Source: Oscillospiraceae bacterium
Lineage (GTDB): Bacteria > Bacillota > Clostridia > Oscillospirales > Oscillospiraceae
Length of the DNA stretch: 32,000 nucleotides
Direction of reading: 5' to 3'
Assembly: GCA_017429835.1 (NCBI GenBank)
Contig: JAFROD010000020.1
Coordinates: 27,927-59,926 of the forward strand
How positions within the stretch are numbered: position 1 is the stretch's first letter; each line of letters opens with the position of its first letter. The notes under the pieces are model-generated. The model was not told the DNA's origin. It saw only the letters and a list, made by a program, of their open reading frames with translations, and searched no databases. This document shows, piece after piece, positions 25,030 through 32,000 of the stretch. The translations under genes and the position numbers were made by a program.

Positions 25030-25085
25030 CAAATTCCTGTTTGTCGAAGCAAAAAACGATCCCGGCAAATCGGAATTTACGGAGG
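25030..25085 (+). repeat. Cassette-junction repeat R3 (8-nt internal deletion, more diverged)
   Basis: CAAATTCCTGTTTGTCGAAGCAAAAAACGATCCCGGCAAATCGGAATTTACGGAGG. Confidence 0.85.
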
Positions 25086-25093
25086 AATATATT

Positions 25094-25708
25094 ATGACAG
25101 AAAAAGAAAAAATGCAAAAGAAGATGCTCTATGACGCAAATTACGACGAATCGCTTCTAAAAGAAAGAAACATAGCAAAAGATCTTTGCTATGAGTATAA
25201 TCAACTCCGACCGTCCGATGAACTGCATCAACAGGAGATTATGAAAAAGCTTCTCGGCAAAACCAAAGGAGCGTTTACCATCGTCGCTCCGTTTTGGTGC
25301 GATTACGGTTATAATATCGAAATAGGAGAAAATTTTTTTGCTAACCACAACACTATTATTCTTGACGGTGGGAAGGTGGTTTTTGGAGATAATGTTTTTA
25401 TTGCTCCGGACTGTGGCTTTCACACAGCAGGACATCCTATTGATTTTGAGAGAAGGAATCAAGGATTGGAATATGCCTATCCCATTACTGTCGGGGATAA
25501 TGTGTGGATTGGCGCAGGTGTTCAAGTAATGCCCGGCGTGACCATAGGAAGCAATGTTGTTATTGGCGGCGGCAGCGTGGTTGTTAAAGACATTCCTAAT
25601 AATTCAGTCGCTGTTGGTAATCCTTGCAAAGTGATTCGAGAAATCACGGAAGCGGATAAACTTAAATGCTGGGATAAATTCCGGTTTACAGAGGCAGGCA
25701 AATCATAA
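25094..25708 (+). CDS. Maltose/galactoside-type sugar O-acetyltransferase, left-handed beta-helix (cassette 4)
   Basis: N-terminal Mac-domain-like MLYDANYDESLLKERNIAKDLCYEYNQLRP. Hexapeptide repeats are VWIGAGVQVMPGVTIGSNVVIGGGSVVVKDIP. The stop TAA lies inside repeat R4. Confidence 0.85.
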   Translation: MTEKEKMQKKMLYDANYDESLLKERNIAKDLCYEYNQLRPSDELHQQEIMKKLLGKTKGAFTIVAPFWCDYGYNIEIGENFFANHNTIILDGGKVVFGDNVFIAPDCGFHTAGHPIDFERRNQGLEYAYPITVGDNVWIGAGVQVMPGVTIGSNVVIGGGSVVVKDIPNNSVAVGNPCKVIREITEADKLKCWDKFRFTEAGKS

Positions 25709-25737
25709 ACGATCCCGGCAAATCGTGATTGCGGAGG
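25675..25737 (+). repeat. Cassette-junction repeat R4
   Basis: TAAATTCCGGTTTACAGAGGCAGGCAAATCATAAACGATCCCGGCAAATCGTGATTGCGGAGG. Confidence 0.9.
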
Positions 25738-25742
25738 GGAGT

Positions 25743-26285
25743 ATGACAGAGATATCACTTTTGCAACTGGAATTGCTTTTTGCGCTTATCTGGCTTGCAT
25801 GCAGAATCGTTGTTTGGATAAGAAAACGGAGGATAGATTGGAAGCGGGAAGCCGTTCTCCTTCTGATGTTTGTTAATCTTGCGGTCATCATTCGGTTTGT
25901 TTTCTTTCCGATGTCCCGCGTTAACGGGAAGGTTCAGTCGCTAAGGTTCGACCCCGCTGCAGTCTTTCCTTTCAAGCTCAACCTGCTTCCTTTTGTGCAT
26001 CTGTTAGAGTATGACAGTAAAAAAGAAATGCTTCTCAACGTAATAGGAAATACGGCGATGTTCATCCCAACCGGTGTCATTCTTCCGATCATCTCTAAAA
26101 AGCTGAAAACATTTTGGAGGGTCATAGGTGTTGGCGCGCTGATTTCGCTATGCATAGAGATTATCCAACTTCCTTTCTTTGAAAGGACTTCGGATATCGA
26201 CGATCTGCTCCTTAACACGCTCGGTGTCGCGATCGGCTATTTGATTTATAAACTCGTGCTTAAACTGATTAAAAGAAGACGATAA
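25743..26285 (+). CDS. VanZ-family membrane protein (cassette 5)
   Basis: Four or five transmembrane helices. NVIGNTAMFIPTGVILP and DIDDLLLNTLGVAIGY are typical VanZ-like signatures. The stop TAA is the first three nt of R5. Confidence 0.78.
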   Translation: MTEISLLQLELLFALIWLACRIVVWIRKRRIDWKREAVLLLMFVNLAVIIRFVFFPMSRVNGKVQSLRFDPAAVFPFKLNLLPFVHLLEYDSKKEMLLNVIGNTAMFIPTGVILPIISKKLKTFWRVIGVGALISLCIEIIQLPFFERTSDIDDLLLNTLGVAIGYLIYKLVLKLIKRRR

Positions 26286-26346
26286 ATTCCAGCTTACAGA
26301 GGCAGGCAAATCATAAACGATCCCGGCAAATCGATATTTGTAGAGG
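26283..26346 (+). repeat. Cassette-junction repeat R5
   Basis: TAAATTCCAGCTTACAGAGGCAGGCAAATCATAAACGATCCCGGCAAATCGATATTTGTAGAGG. Confidence 0.9.
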
Positions 26347-26356
26347 TAATACGGAT

Positions 26357-26815
26357 ATGAAAATCAAACTGGAACCGATTAACGATACTAATCGCGAGGC
26401 TGTGCTGGCGCTAACTGTGCGTGAAGATCAGCTATTTGTCGCGCCGAACGATTATTCATTAAGCGAGGCCGATGAGGCCAATGCCAACGCGCCCGGCACG
26501 GCGAGGCCGTTTGCGATCTATGCGGGCGAAAAGATTGTCGGCTTCTGTATGCTCGCCCTGGACCCCGAGGATGAGAATCCTGTTGACAGATACTGTCTCT
26601 GGCGTTTTATGATCGACAAAAACGAACAGGGCAAGGGCTACGGTCAGGCGGCGCTTCATGAGATCATCAAGTATTTCAAAGAGAACGGTGTGGACACGAT
26701 CTATCTGTCGACTGCACCTGAGAACGAGGTCGGATTGCACGTGTACCATAAGGCGGGCTTTAAGGAAACAGGAGAGATGGAAGACGGAGAAGCTATTTTT
26801 GTTTTGACACTCTAA
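26357..26815 (+). CDS. GNAT-family N-acetyltransferase (cassette 6)
   Basis: FMIDKNEQGKGYGQAAL is the Q/RxxGxG motif. 152 aa. The stop TAA is the first three nt of R6. Confidence 0.8.
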   Translation: MKIKLEPINDTNREAVLALTVREDQLFVAPNDYSLSEADEANANAPGTARPFAIYAGEKIVGFCMLALDPEDENPVDRYCLWRFMIDKNEQGKGYGQAALHEIIKYFKENGVDTIYLSTAPENEVGLHVYHKAGFKETGEMEDGEAIFVLTL

Positions 26816-26875
26816 ATTCCGGTTTACAGAGGCAGGCAAATCATAAACGATCCCGGCAAATCGGGATTGCGGAGG
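26813..26875 (+). repeat. Cassette-junction repeat R6
   Basis: TAAATTCCGGTTTACAGAGGCAGGCAAATCATAAACGATCCCGGCAAATCGGGATTGCGGAGG. Confidence 0.9.
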
Positions 26876-26883
26876 TAAAGAAA

Positions 26884-27522
26884 ATGAAAGACGGAAAGAC
26901 GCCTGATCCGAATATAATCCATCCGATTGCAGGATACGAAAAAGAAATATATGTGAAACCGACGATAAAGAATCCGAATATCGTTGTCGGCGACTTTACC
27001 TATATCGCCGATTCGGACTTCGAAAGCCACGTGACGCACTTCTACGAATGGAACGGCGACAAGCTGATCATCGGCAAGTTCTGCCAGATCGCGGCGGGTG
27101 TGGAGTTTGTGATGAACGGCGCCAATCATCAGATGAACGCGGTTTCGACTTTCCCGTTTTATACGCTTGCGGGTTGGGATATGGCGCAGCCTGCCCCGTC
27201 GGATATGCCGCTGAAGGGCGACACGGTGATCGGCAATGACGTATGGATCGGACAAAACGCCGTTATCCTTCCGGGCGTTCACATAGGCGACGGCGCGATC
27301 ATCGGCGCAAACAGTGTGGTCGGAAGCGACGTTGAGCCGTACACGATCGCAGTCGGCAATCCCGCAAAGTTCTTGCGAAAACGTTTTGACGACGAATTGA
27401 TCGAGTTGCTGCTCAAATTCAGATGGTGGGATAAAAGCGTTGAAGAAATTAACGACTTGATCCCGATACTGACAAACAGCAATTTGGAGAAGGTTGAACA
27501 GGAACTGAGGACGAGAATATGA
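26884..27522 (+). CDS. vat: Vat-type xenobiotic (streptogramin A) O-acetyltransferase, hexapeptide family (cassette 7, gene 1)
   Basis: KLIIGKFCQIAAGVEFVMNGANHQMNAVSTFPF...LKGDTVIGNDVWIGQNAVILPGVHIGDGAIIGANSVV...GNPAKFLRKRFD...KFRWWD closely parallels my recollection of VatD. Confidence 0.85.
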   Translation: MKDGKTPDPNIIHPIAGYEKEIYVKPTIKNPNIVVGDFTYIADSDFESHVTHFYEWNGDKLIIGKFCQIAAGVEFVMNGANHQMNAVSTFPFYTLAGWDMAQPAPSDMPLKGDTVIGNDVWIGQNAVILPGVHIGDGAIIGANSVVGSDVEPYTIAVGNPAKFLRKRFDDELIELLLKFRWWDKSVEEINDLIPILTNSNLEKVEQELRTRI

Positions 27523-28040
27523 TAATTCTAATTGCCGGCGCGTCCCATACCGGGAAAACGCTTCTGGCACAGAAGATGCTTGAAAAGTATCACTATCCGT
27601 ATCTGTCAATAGATCATCTGAAAATGGGCCTAATCCGCAGCGGCATTACCGGTCTGACACCGGAGGATGACGATGCTCTGACAGAGTACCTGTGGCCTAT
27701 CGTCCGTGAGATCGTAAAGACGGCGATTGAGAATCGGCAAAATCTTATCGTTGAAGGATGCTATATTCCGTTTTCCTGGAGGCGGGATTTTGATGAGCGG
27801 TATTTACCGTCAATTCGTTTTATTTGCCTTGCCATGACCGGGAACTATATTGAGAATCATTTTGTTGAGATCATCGGCCATGAATCGAAAATTGAAGCCA
27901 GATTTGCAGATACGAATTGCACAAAGGAAGTGCTGAAAGCAGAAAACAGGCGTACGGTTGACGGATTTGAAAGTGCCGGAGAGCAGGTTTTGCTGATCGA
28001 TTCCAACTATGAACAGGCAATAGAAAGGATACTGGACTGA
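27519..28040 (+). CDS. P-loop kinase-like ATPase (cassette 7, gene 2), coupled to vat by an ATGA overlap
   Basis: Walker A is IAGASHTGKT. It is 173 aa, the size of a small nucleotide or small-molecule kinase fold. No junction repeat separates it from vat. Confidence 0.65.
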   Translation: MIILIAGASHTGKTLLAQKMLEKYHYPYLSIDHLKMGLIRSGITGLTPEDDDALTEYLWPIVREIVKTAIENRQNLIVEGCYIPFSWRRDFDERYLPSIRFICLAMTGNYIENHFVEIIGHESKIEARFADTNCTKEVLKAENRRTVDGFESAGEQVLLIDSNYEQAIERILD

Positions 28041-28055
28041 AAAATTCCGGTTTAT
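28041..28055 (+). repeat. Cassette-junction repeat R7 (left end only; marks the end of the array)
   Basis: AAAATTCCGGTTTAT lies immediately after the stop codon. Similarity to the consensus ends after about 15 nt. Confidence 0.6.
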
Positions 28056-28478
28056 CTATCCGATTCTCTGAAAACCCTTGATTTTCCTGCATTTTCCGCA
28101 GGACTGCTACCATAAAAAGCTCCGTTTTCCCTTGTTTTTGCCCTTATGGGGCAAAACAAGGGAAAGTGTATTACATGACGAATACACTTCCAAGGCCTCG
28201 CCGTATGAGAGCGAAATACACGTCTCGCACAAAGCCGTGCTTTATACAAGGGGTATTTCGCCTTACTTCCAAAACCGCTTGAAAAAGAGAGCATCCGAAA
28301 GAAGCTCCGTGACATGGAAGCGGAGGCCAAGCGCCGGAATGATACACGGCGGCAGCAGACCCGACCTCGCAGCCACGATTATGACAGAGGACGCTAAAAC
28401 AGAAGAAAACACCGCAGGAGGTCCCTGCGGTGCCTACATAGAAACGCCCTGCAAGTTTGCGGCTTGCAGGGCGTACAA

Positions 28479-29015
28479 TTATTTCATTCCATGTGAGGAA
28501 AAAAGCGCAGCCATCGTTTCCGCAGCTTCCTGCATTCCTCTGTTGATCCACTCTTCAATCCAACCATAAGTGCCGTATGTGATGAACGCAGTCGTGTAAG
28601 CCCACATATTCGCATATTCCGGTTTGGGACCGAATTTCTCCAAAAACACCTCAAGGAACAGGTGCATCAGGTTTCTTTCCTTCAGGAGAAGATAAAAGTC
28701 CGCATTATCTTTCAGATGTTTGAACAGGCTGCCGTATAACTCAGCGTTGGAGTCTTTGCCGGACGCCTTATAATCCCGATCCCATTTTTCGATCAGATCA
28801 ACGATGTGCTTTTTTACTACGTCTTCCTTTGTTTCATAATTTCTGTAAAAAGACGTGCGGCCAACTCCGGCGGCATCCACAATCTCGCTTATGGATATTT
28901 CCTGCAAGGATTTCTCTTTCAGCAGTTTCAGCAAAGCATCCGTAATGTGTTCTATGACATAAGCGTTTCTTGCTTCATTACTGAAAGGTGAAACATTTCG
29001 GCTCTTTTGTTCCAT
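28479..29015 (-). CDS. TetR/AcrR-family transcriptional regulator
   Basis: The N-terminal HTH is LQEISISEIVDAAGVGRTSFYRNYETKEDV. It is divergent from the downstream hydrolase operon. Confidence 0.85.
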   Translation of the reverse strand: MEQKSRNVSPFSNEARNAYVIEHITDALLKLLKEKSLQEISISEIVDAAGVGRTSFYRNYETKEDVVKKHIVDLIEKWDRDYKASGKDSNAELYGSLFKHLKDNADFYLLLKERNLMHLFLEVFLEKFGPKPEYANMWAYTTAFITYGTYGWIEEWINRGMQEAAETMAALFSSHGMK

Positions 29016-29136
29016 TTTGCTCGCTCCAATTGATTTTTGACGTTTCTGGTGTTATGATTGTTACGCCGAAACAAATGACACATCTATACTACCACATAGA
29101 TGCCTTGGTTGTCAATACCTTGAGGAGGAAATGAGA

Positions 29137-29271
29137 ATGTCGATTACTGCAAAGAGAATCATCATACTGGTCGTGATTATTGCTGTGGCGTTTTGCCTTG
29201 GCAGACTCGTGGTCAGAGCTGTCATGAATATGCTGCTGGGAGGCACGCTGTTTGGAGGGAACTTCTTATGA
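29137..29271 (+). CDS. Small (44-aa) membrane peptide, translationally coupled to the next gene
   Basis: ATG 29137 lies 8 nt after GGAGG (29124-29128). The product is MSITAKRIIILVVIIAVAFCLGRLVV.... Its stop overlaps the next ATG (ATGA at 29268-29271). It is below the size cut-off of the ORF track. Confidence 0.5.
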   Translation: MSITAKRIIILVVIIAVAFCLGRLVVRAVMNMLLGGTLFGGNFL

Positions 29272-30241
29272 GCAGTAATAGAAAAGAAAAGAAGGTAAGA
29301 GCTGTGCTGTAGGAATCGGAATTCTGATATTTATCCTCGCCTTTGGAGTAGGAGTAGTTTCAAAGTTTGCTATTCAGCCTTCTTGGGCAAAAGAATACAG
29401 CGTCAAGTGGAGTGATGAAGTCGGAACACTCAAGTCTGACCTGCCCTATGGTGACGGAGAGGCAAACAAGTTCGATCTATATTTGCCGAAAGACAACTCA
29501 AAGGATTCATACGGCCGGGTCGTTTATCTTCATGCGGGCGGTTTCACAACCGGTGACAAGACCGATGACAGTGAGATGCTGGCATGGCTGTGCAGCAAGG
29601 GCTACGTGGCAGCAGGCATCAATTATACTCTGCGAACAGATACGAACAGCGCCAGTGTCCTTTCACAGTCCAACGAAATCAAAGCGGCAATCCCGATTGT
29701 GATCGAGGCGGCAGAAAAAGCGGGTTACCATATCGATAAGATGACGATGGCTGGTGGCTCTGCGGGGCATTGCCTTGCCATGATCTATACCTATCGTGAC
29801 GGAGCGGAGGCTCCCGTTCCCGTGGTGTTCACCTTCGGAGCCGTTGGGCCTTCCTGCTTCTATCAAGAGGATTGGGGCATCTACGGGCTGGATCAGAACG
29901 ATGAAGCCTGCGCCGGAATGTTCAGCGTCATGGCCGGTGAAGAAATTACGGAACAGGATATTCGTGACGGTTCCTACCATGAGAAAGTGAAACCGATCTC
30001 CGCTATGGAATGGATCAGCAGCAATCCTGTTCCTTCCGTAATCGCTTATGGAAAGTGCGACAAGGTTCAACCTTACCTCGGCTCGCTGCGATTGAAAGCT
30101 GCGTTGGAAGAAAACAATGTGGATTTCAGGTATTTTGAGATGCCGCACTCCGGACATGGACTGCAGAATGACAACGCCATTCAGCGGCAATGGATGGAGG
30201 CCGTAGAAGAATATCTCGATAAGTATATGCCTGTACATTGA
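29268..30241 (+). pseudogene. Alpha/beta hydrolase (esterase/lipase type) with an apparent frameshift near 29305-29312
   Basis: The frame from ATG 29268 reads MSSNRKEKKVRAVL then stops at 29310-29312. A different frame continues GIGILIFILAFGVGVVSKF...FDLYLPKDNS...VVYLHAGGF...MAGGSAGH (HGGG-like motif and GxSxG). Only a TTG at 29483, inside the conserved region, could restart translation. Confidence 0.6.
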
Positions 30242-30250
30242 GGGAAGAGA

Positions 30251-31171
30251 TTGAAAAAGGTGTTGAAGATCATCGGAATCATTGTTCTTGTTTTAGCGTT
30301 TGGTCTCGTAGGCTTATACCTTTTTGCCGACAACAAACCATATATACACAAGGGATATCAGGAGGGCATAGAAACAGGCGGTGATATTGAAGCGAAATAC
30401 CTGCATAGTGGTGAGTATCAAACGAAAAAGACAACTGCAAAAGCGGAAGATCCCATCAAAAAATACACGATCTATTACCCTGCGGAGCTGGAAACTGAAA
30501 ACCGTACATATCCAATGATCCTTGTCGTAAACGGCACAGGTGGCAAAGCCACGAAATACGAACCGGAATTCGAACTGTATGCTTCCTGGGGCTTTATAAC
30601 CGTAGGTACGCAGGACAAGGGTACCGGTTCCGGCCAAACAACGGTAGCGACGCTTCGGTATATGCTGGAACAGAACGAGAATCCTGACAGCGTGTTCTAT
30701 CATAAGATTGACTTGGACAACATTGGTATTACAGGATTCTCGCAGGGTGGAGCTGCCGTGTTCAATGTTTTGACGAAGTATGAGGAAGCATCATTCTTTA
30801 AGGCAGCAGCTCCGCTTTCTCCTGTCAGCGAACATACCGCAGAGACCACAACGGACTATCCCTATGATTCGGCTGACGTGAAATGCCCTATCATGATCCT
30901 TGCAGGAACGAGCGGGGAATTTGAAACAGAAATCGTCATCCCTCTTTCAGAGCTGAACCGGCAGTATGACAAAATCACGACCCCGAAGGTCATGGCGCGC
31001 CGTGTCGGAATGGATCATGACCACATGATGTATTCCGCAGGAGGCTATGTGACTGCATGGTTCCGCTGGCAGCTCATGGGCGATGAAGAAGCGGCGAAGG
31101 CGTTTGTCGGCGAGACGCCAGAGCTTCTATCCAATGCGTTGTATCAAGACCAACAGATAGATATTCACTAA
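30251..31171 (+). CDS. Membrane-anchored alpha/beta hydrolase (dienelactone-hydrolase/esterase-like)
   Basis: N-terminal transmembrane helix IIGIIVLVLAFGLVGLYLF and nucleophile elbow GITGFSQGG. The TTG start follows GAGGGAAGAGA. Confidence 0.75.
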   Translation: MKKVLKIIGIIVLVLAFGLVGLYLFADNKPYIHKGYQEGIETGGDIEAKYLHSGEYQTKKTTAKAEDPIKKYTIYYPAELETENRTYPMILVVNGTGGKATKYEPEFELYASWGFITVGTQDKGTGSGQTTVATLRYMLEQNENPDSVFYHKIDLDNIGITGFSQGGAAVFNVLTKYEEASFFKAAAPLSPVSEHTAETTTDYPYDSADVKCPIMILAGTSGEFETEIVIPLSELNRQYDKITTPKVMARRVGMDHDHMMYSAGGYVTAWFRWQLMGDEEAAKAFVGETPELLSNALYQDQQIDIH

Positions 31172-31179
31172 TACGACAG

Positions 31180-31203
31180 GCGGCGGGGAGTAATCCCCGC
31201 CGC
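31180..31203. terminator. GC-rich hairpin after the hydrolase gene
   Basis: Perfect 10-bp stem GCGGCGGGGA / TCCCCGCCGC with a 4-nt loop. No clear U-run follows. Confidence 0.45.
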
Positions 31204-31396
31204 TCGATACGTTATGCGTAGATCAGATCATGGTTTACGGTCTCCATTGCCCTGTCCCGTATGCTGTTCATCCGCTGCACCCACTGCATCTAATTGTCTG
31301 CTTTGAGTTTTTCGGTGATGCCTTCCTTTTCGGAACGCCCTATGTAACTGTAGCTTTTGCTACTCCAACTAAGCAACAAATTAACATCATTTTAAT

Positions 31397-31960
31397 TTAT
31401 TCACATTTCTCGATAATTGTTTTAATTGAAGCGGCAAGATCCTGCTCATCATCGAGTTCGTCTCTCAATTTTAATATTAGGCTTTCTAGTGCTTCCAAAA
31501 CATCTTCTACCGCATAGTCGATACTATCCTCGATGCCATCAGAAGCGCCTCCGTCTTCATCAAAATCAAGATAACCTATTGTTAGCTTAACATAGCCTCT
31601 TGCAATCGTTTCTCTGTTGGATTTTAGCGACACCTCGATCGCCTCTTCTGAGCCTGCTTCTGGGATTCCGTGAAGTTCGTCAAGAATCAAAGTGTATTCC
31701 TGCCCATTTGCTCCAACAATGCTGATAGATTCTCCGTATCCTATTATGTCTGGTAATCTTACCTCTGCTTTATCGGATAACGTTTCACTTTTTTGGCTCA
31801 GCCATTCACAAACATCCCCTAATAGATTGTCATTGCTATTGTCGGAAAAATCAATGGGGATACGCTTCTCTGATGAAAGTGAAGTAATAAATGCTTTCTT
31901 ATCAGCTTCTGAAACTTTCGCTTTTGCGCATGTGTAAAAATCGTCATAGGAAATAGCCAA
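31397..31960 (-). CDS. Acidic hypothetical protein
   Basis: 187-aa ORF in an AT-rich segment, rich in D and E. No family recognised. Confidence 0.55.
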   Translation of the reverse strand: MAISYDDFYTCAKAKVSEADKKAFITSLSSEKRIPIDFSDNSNDNLLGDVCEWLSQKSETLSDKAEVRLPDIIGYGESISIVGANGQEYTLILDELHGIPEAGSEEAIEVSLKSNRETIARGYVKLTIGYLDFDEDGGASDGIEDSIDYAVEDVLEALESLILKLRDELDDEQDLAASIKTIIEKCE

Positions 31961-32000
31961 ATCTTCATACGCAGAGGAAATGTCATTATATTGTTCAAAT

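Larger units (their letters stand above)
512..32000. mobile_element. Putative integrated element(s) inserted in spoVT. The left junction is at about 511-520 and the right end is not seen in the window.
   Basis: The recombinase gene sits directly at the spoVT break point. spoVT is on the minus strand, so its missing 5' half must lie to the right. The content in between is mosaic accessory DNA (relaxase, CRISPR-Cas, defence-like and resistance-like genes, AT-rich patches). Confidence 0.35.

Noticed and set aside
25675-25708. Recurrent C-terminal peptide KFRF(T/A)E(A/T)GKS encoded by the repeat
   Set aside because: Only one real gene (the sugar O-acetyltransferase) reads into the repeat. The other instance is a non-coding alternative frame (23453-23746). 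It is a by-product of repeat position, not a shared protein tag.
23713-26875. Are the cassette-junction repeats classical integron attC sites, terminators or riboswitches?
   Set aside because: I could not find R''/R' core sites (RYYYAAC...GTTRRRY) or the long imperfect palindrome of attC. The only hairpin (ATCCCG-gcaaat-CGGGAT) is lost in R3, R4 and R5 because the right arm is variable, and no U-run follows it. At 64 nt the repeat is too short for a riboswitch. I therefore report them as a distinct repeat class rather than as attC.

Overview
All family calls below come from reading motifs by eye; no database search was possible. The window is a mosaic of accessory and mobile DNA from a Firmicute, probably a Clostridia-type spore-former lineage, judged from the SpoVT fragment and the gene content.

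In order along the window:
(1) The left edge holds the 3' part of the sporulation regulator gene spoVT. It is fused in frame to a large serine recombinase gene, giving an integration junction at about 511-520. Everything to the right may therefore lie inside one or more integrated elements.
(2) An AT-rich block follows with a membrane-anchored protein, and a minus-strand trio of GNAT, membrane protein and lipoprotein.
(3) A MobV-type relaxase module comes next, followed by ankyrin-like, XRE and sigma-70-like genes.
(4) A roughly 650-bp GC-rich, ORF-free, hairpin-dense region contains a duplicated module of about 57 nt.
(5) A type II CRISPR-Cas9 locus has a divergent tracrRNA, an intact cas9, and a cas1 truncated after about 155 codons that runs straight into repeat 1. 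The array has 11 repeats of 36 bp and 10 spacers of 30 bp. There is no cas2, csn2 or recognisable leader.
(6) A MazG-like NTP pyrophosphatase gene and a small XRE module follow.
(7) A three-gene minus-strand island (Fic, DUF2075-type nuclease/P-loop ATPase, hypothetical with an Rx4H motif) is bracketed by two diverged copies of a terminator-like hairpin.
(8) A repeat-rich region holds eight 12-13-bp tandem units.
(9) The most unusual feature is a co-directional array of seven promoterless cassettes behind one strong promoter. The products are resistance or modification-type: GNATs, sugar O-acetyltransferase, Vat-like acetyltransferase, VanZ and a P-loop kinase. Each junction carries a conserved repeat of about 64 nt that supplies the Shine-Dalgarno sequence. 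This is an integron-like layout, but with no attC signature and no adjacent integrase.
(10) The right end holds a TetR regulator, a small membrane ORF, a frameshifted alpha/beta hydrolase, a second alpha/beta hydrolase and an acidic hypothetical protein.
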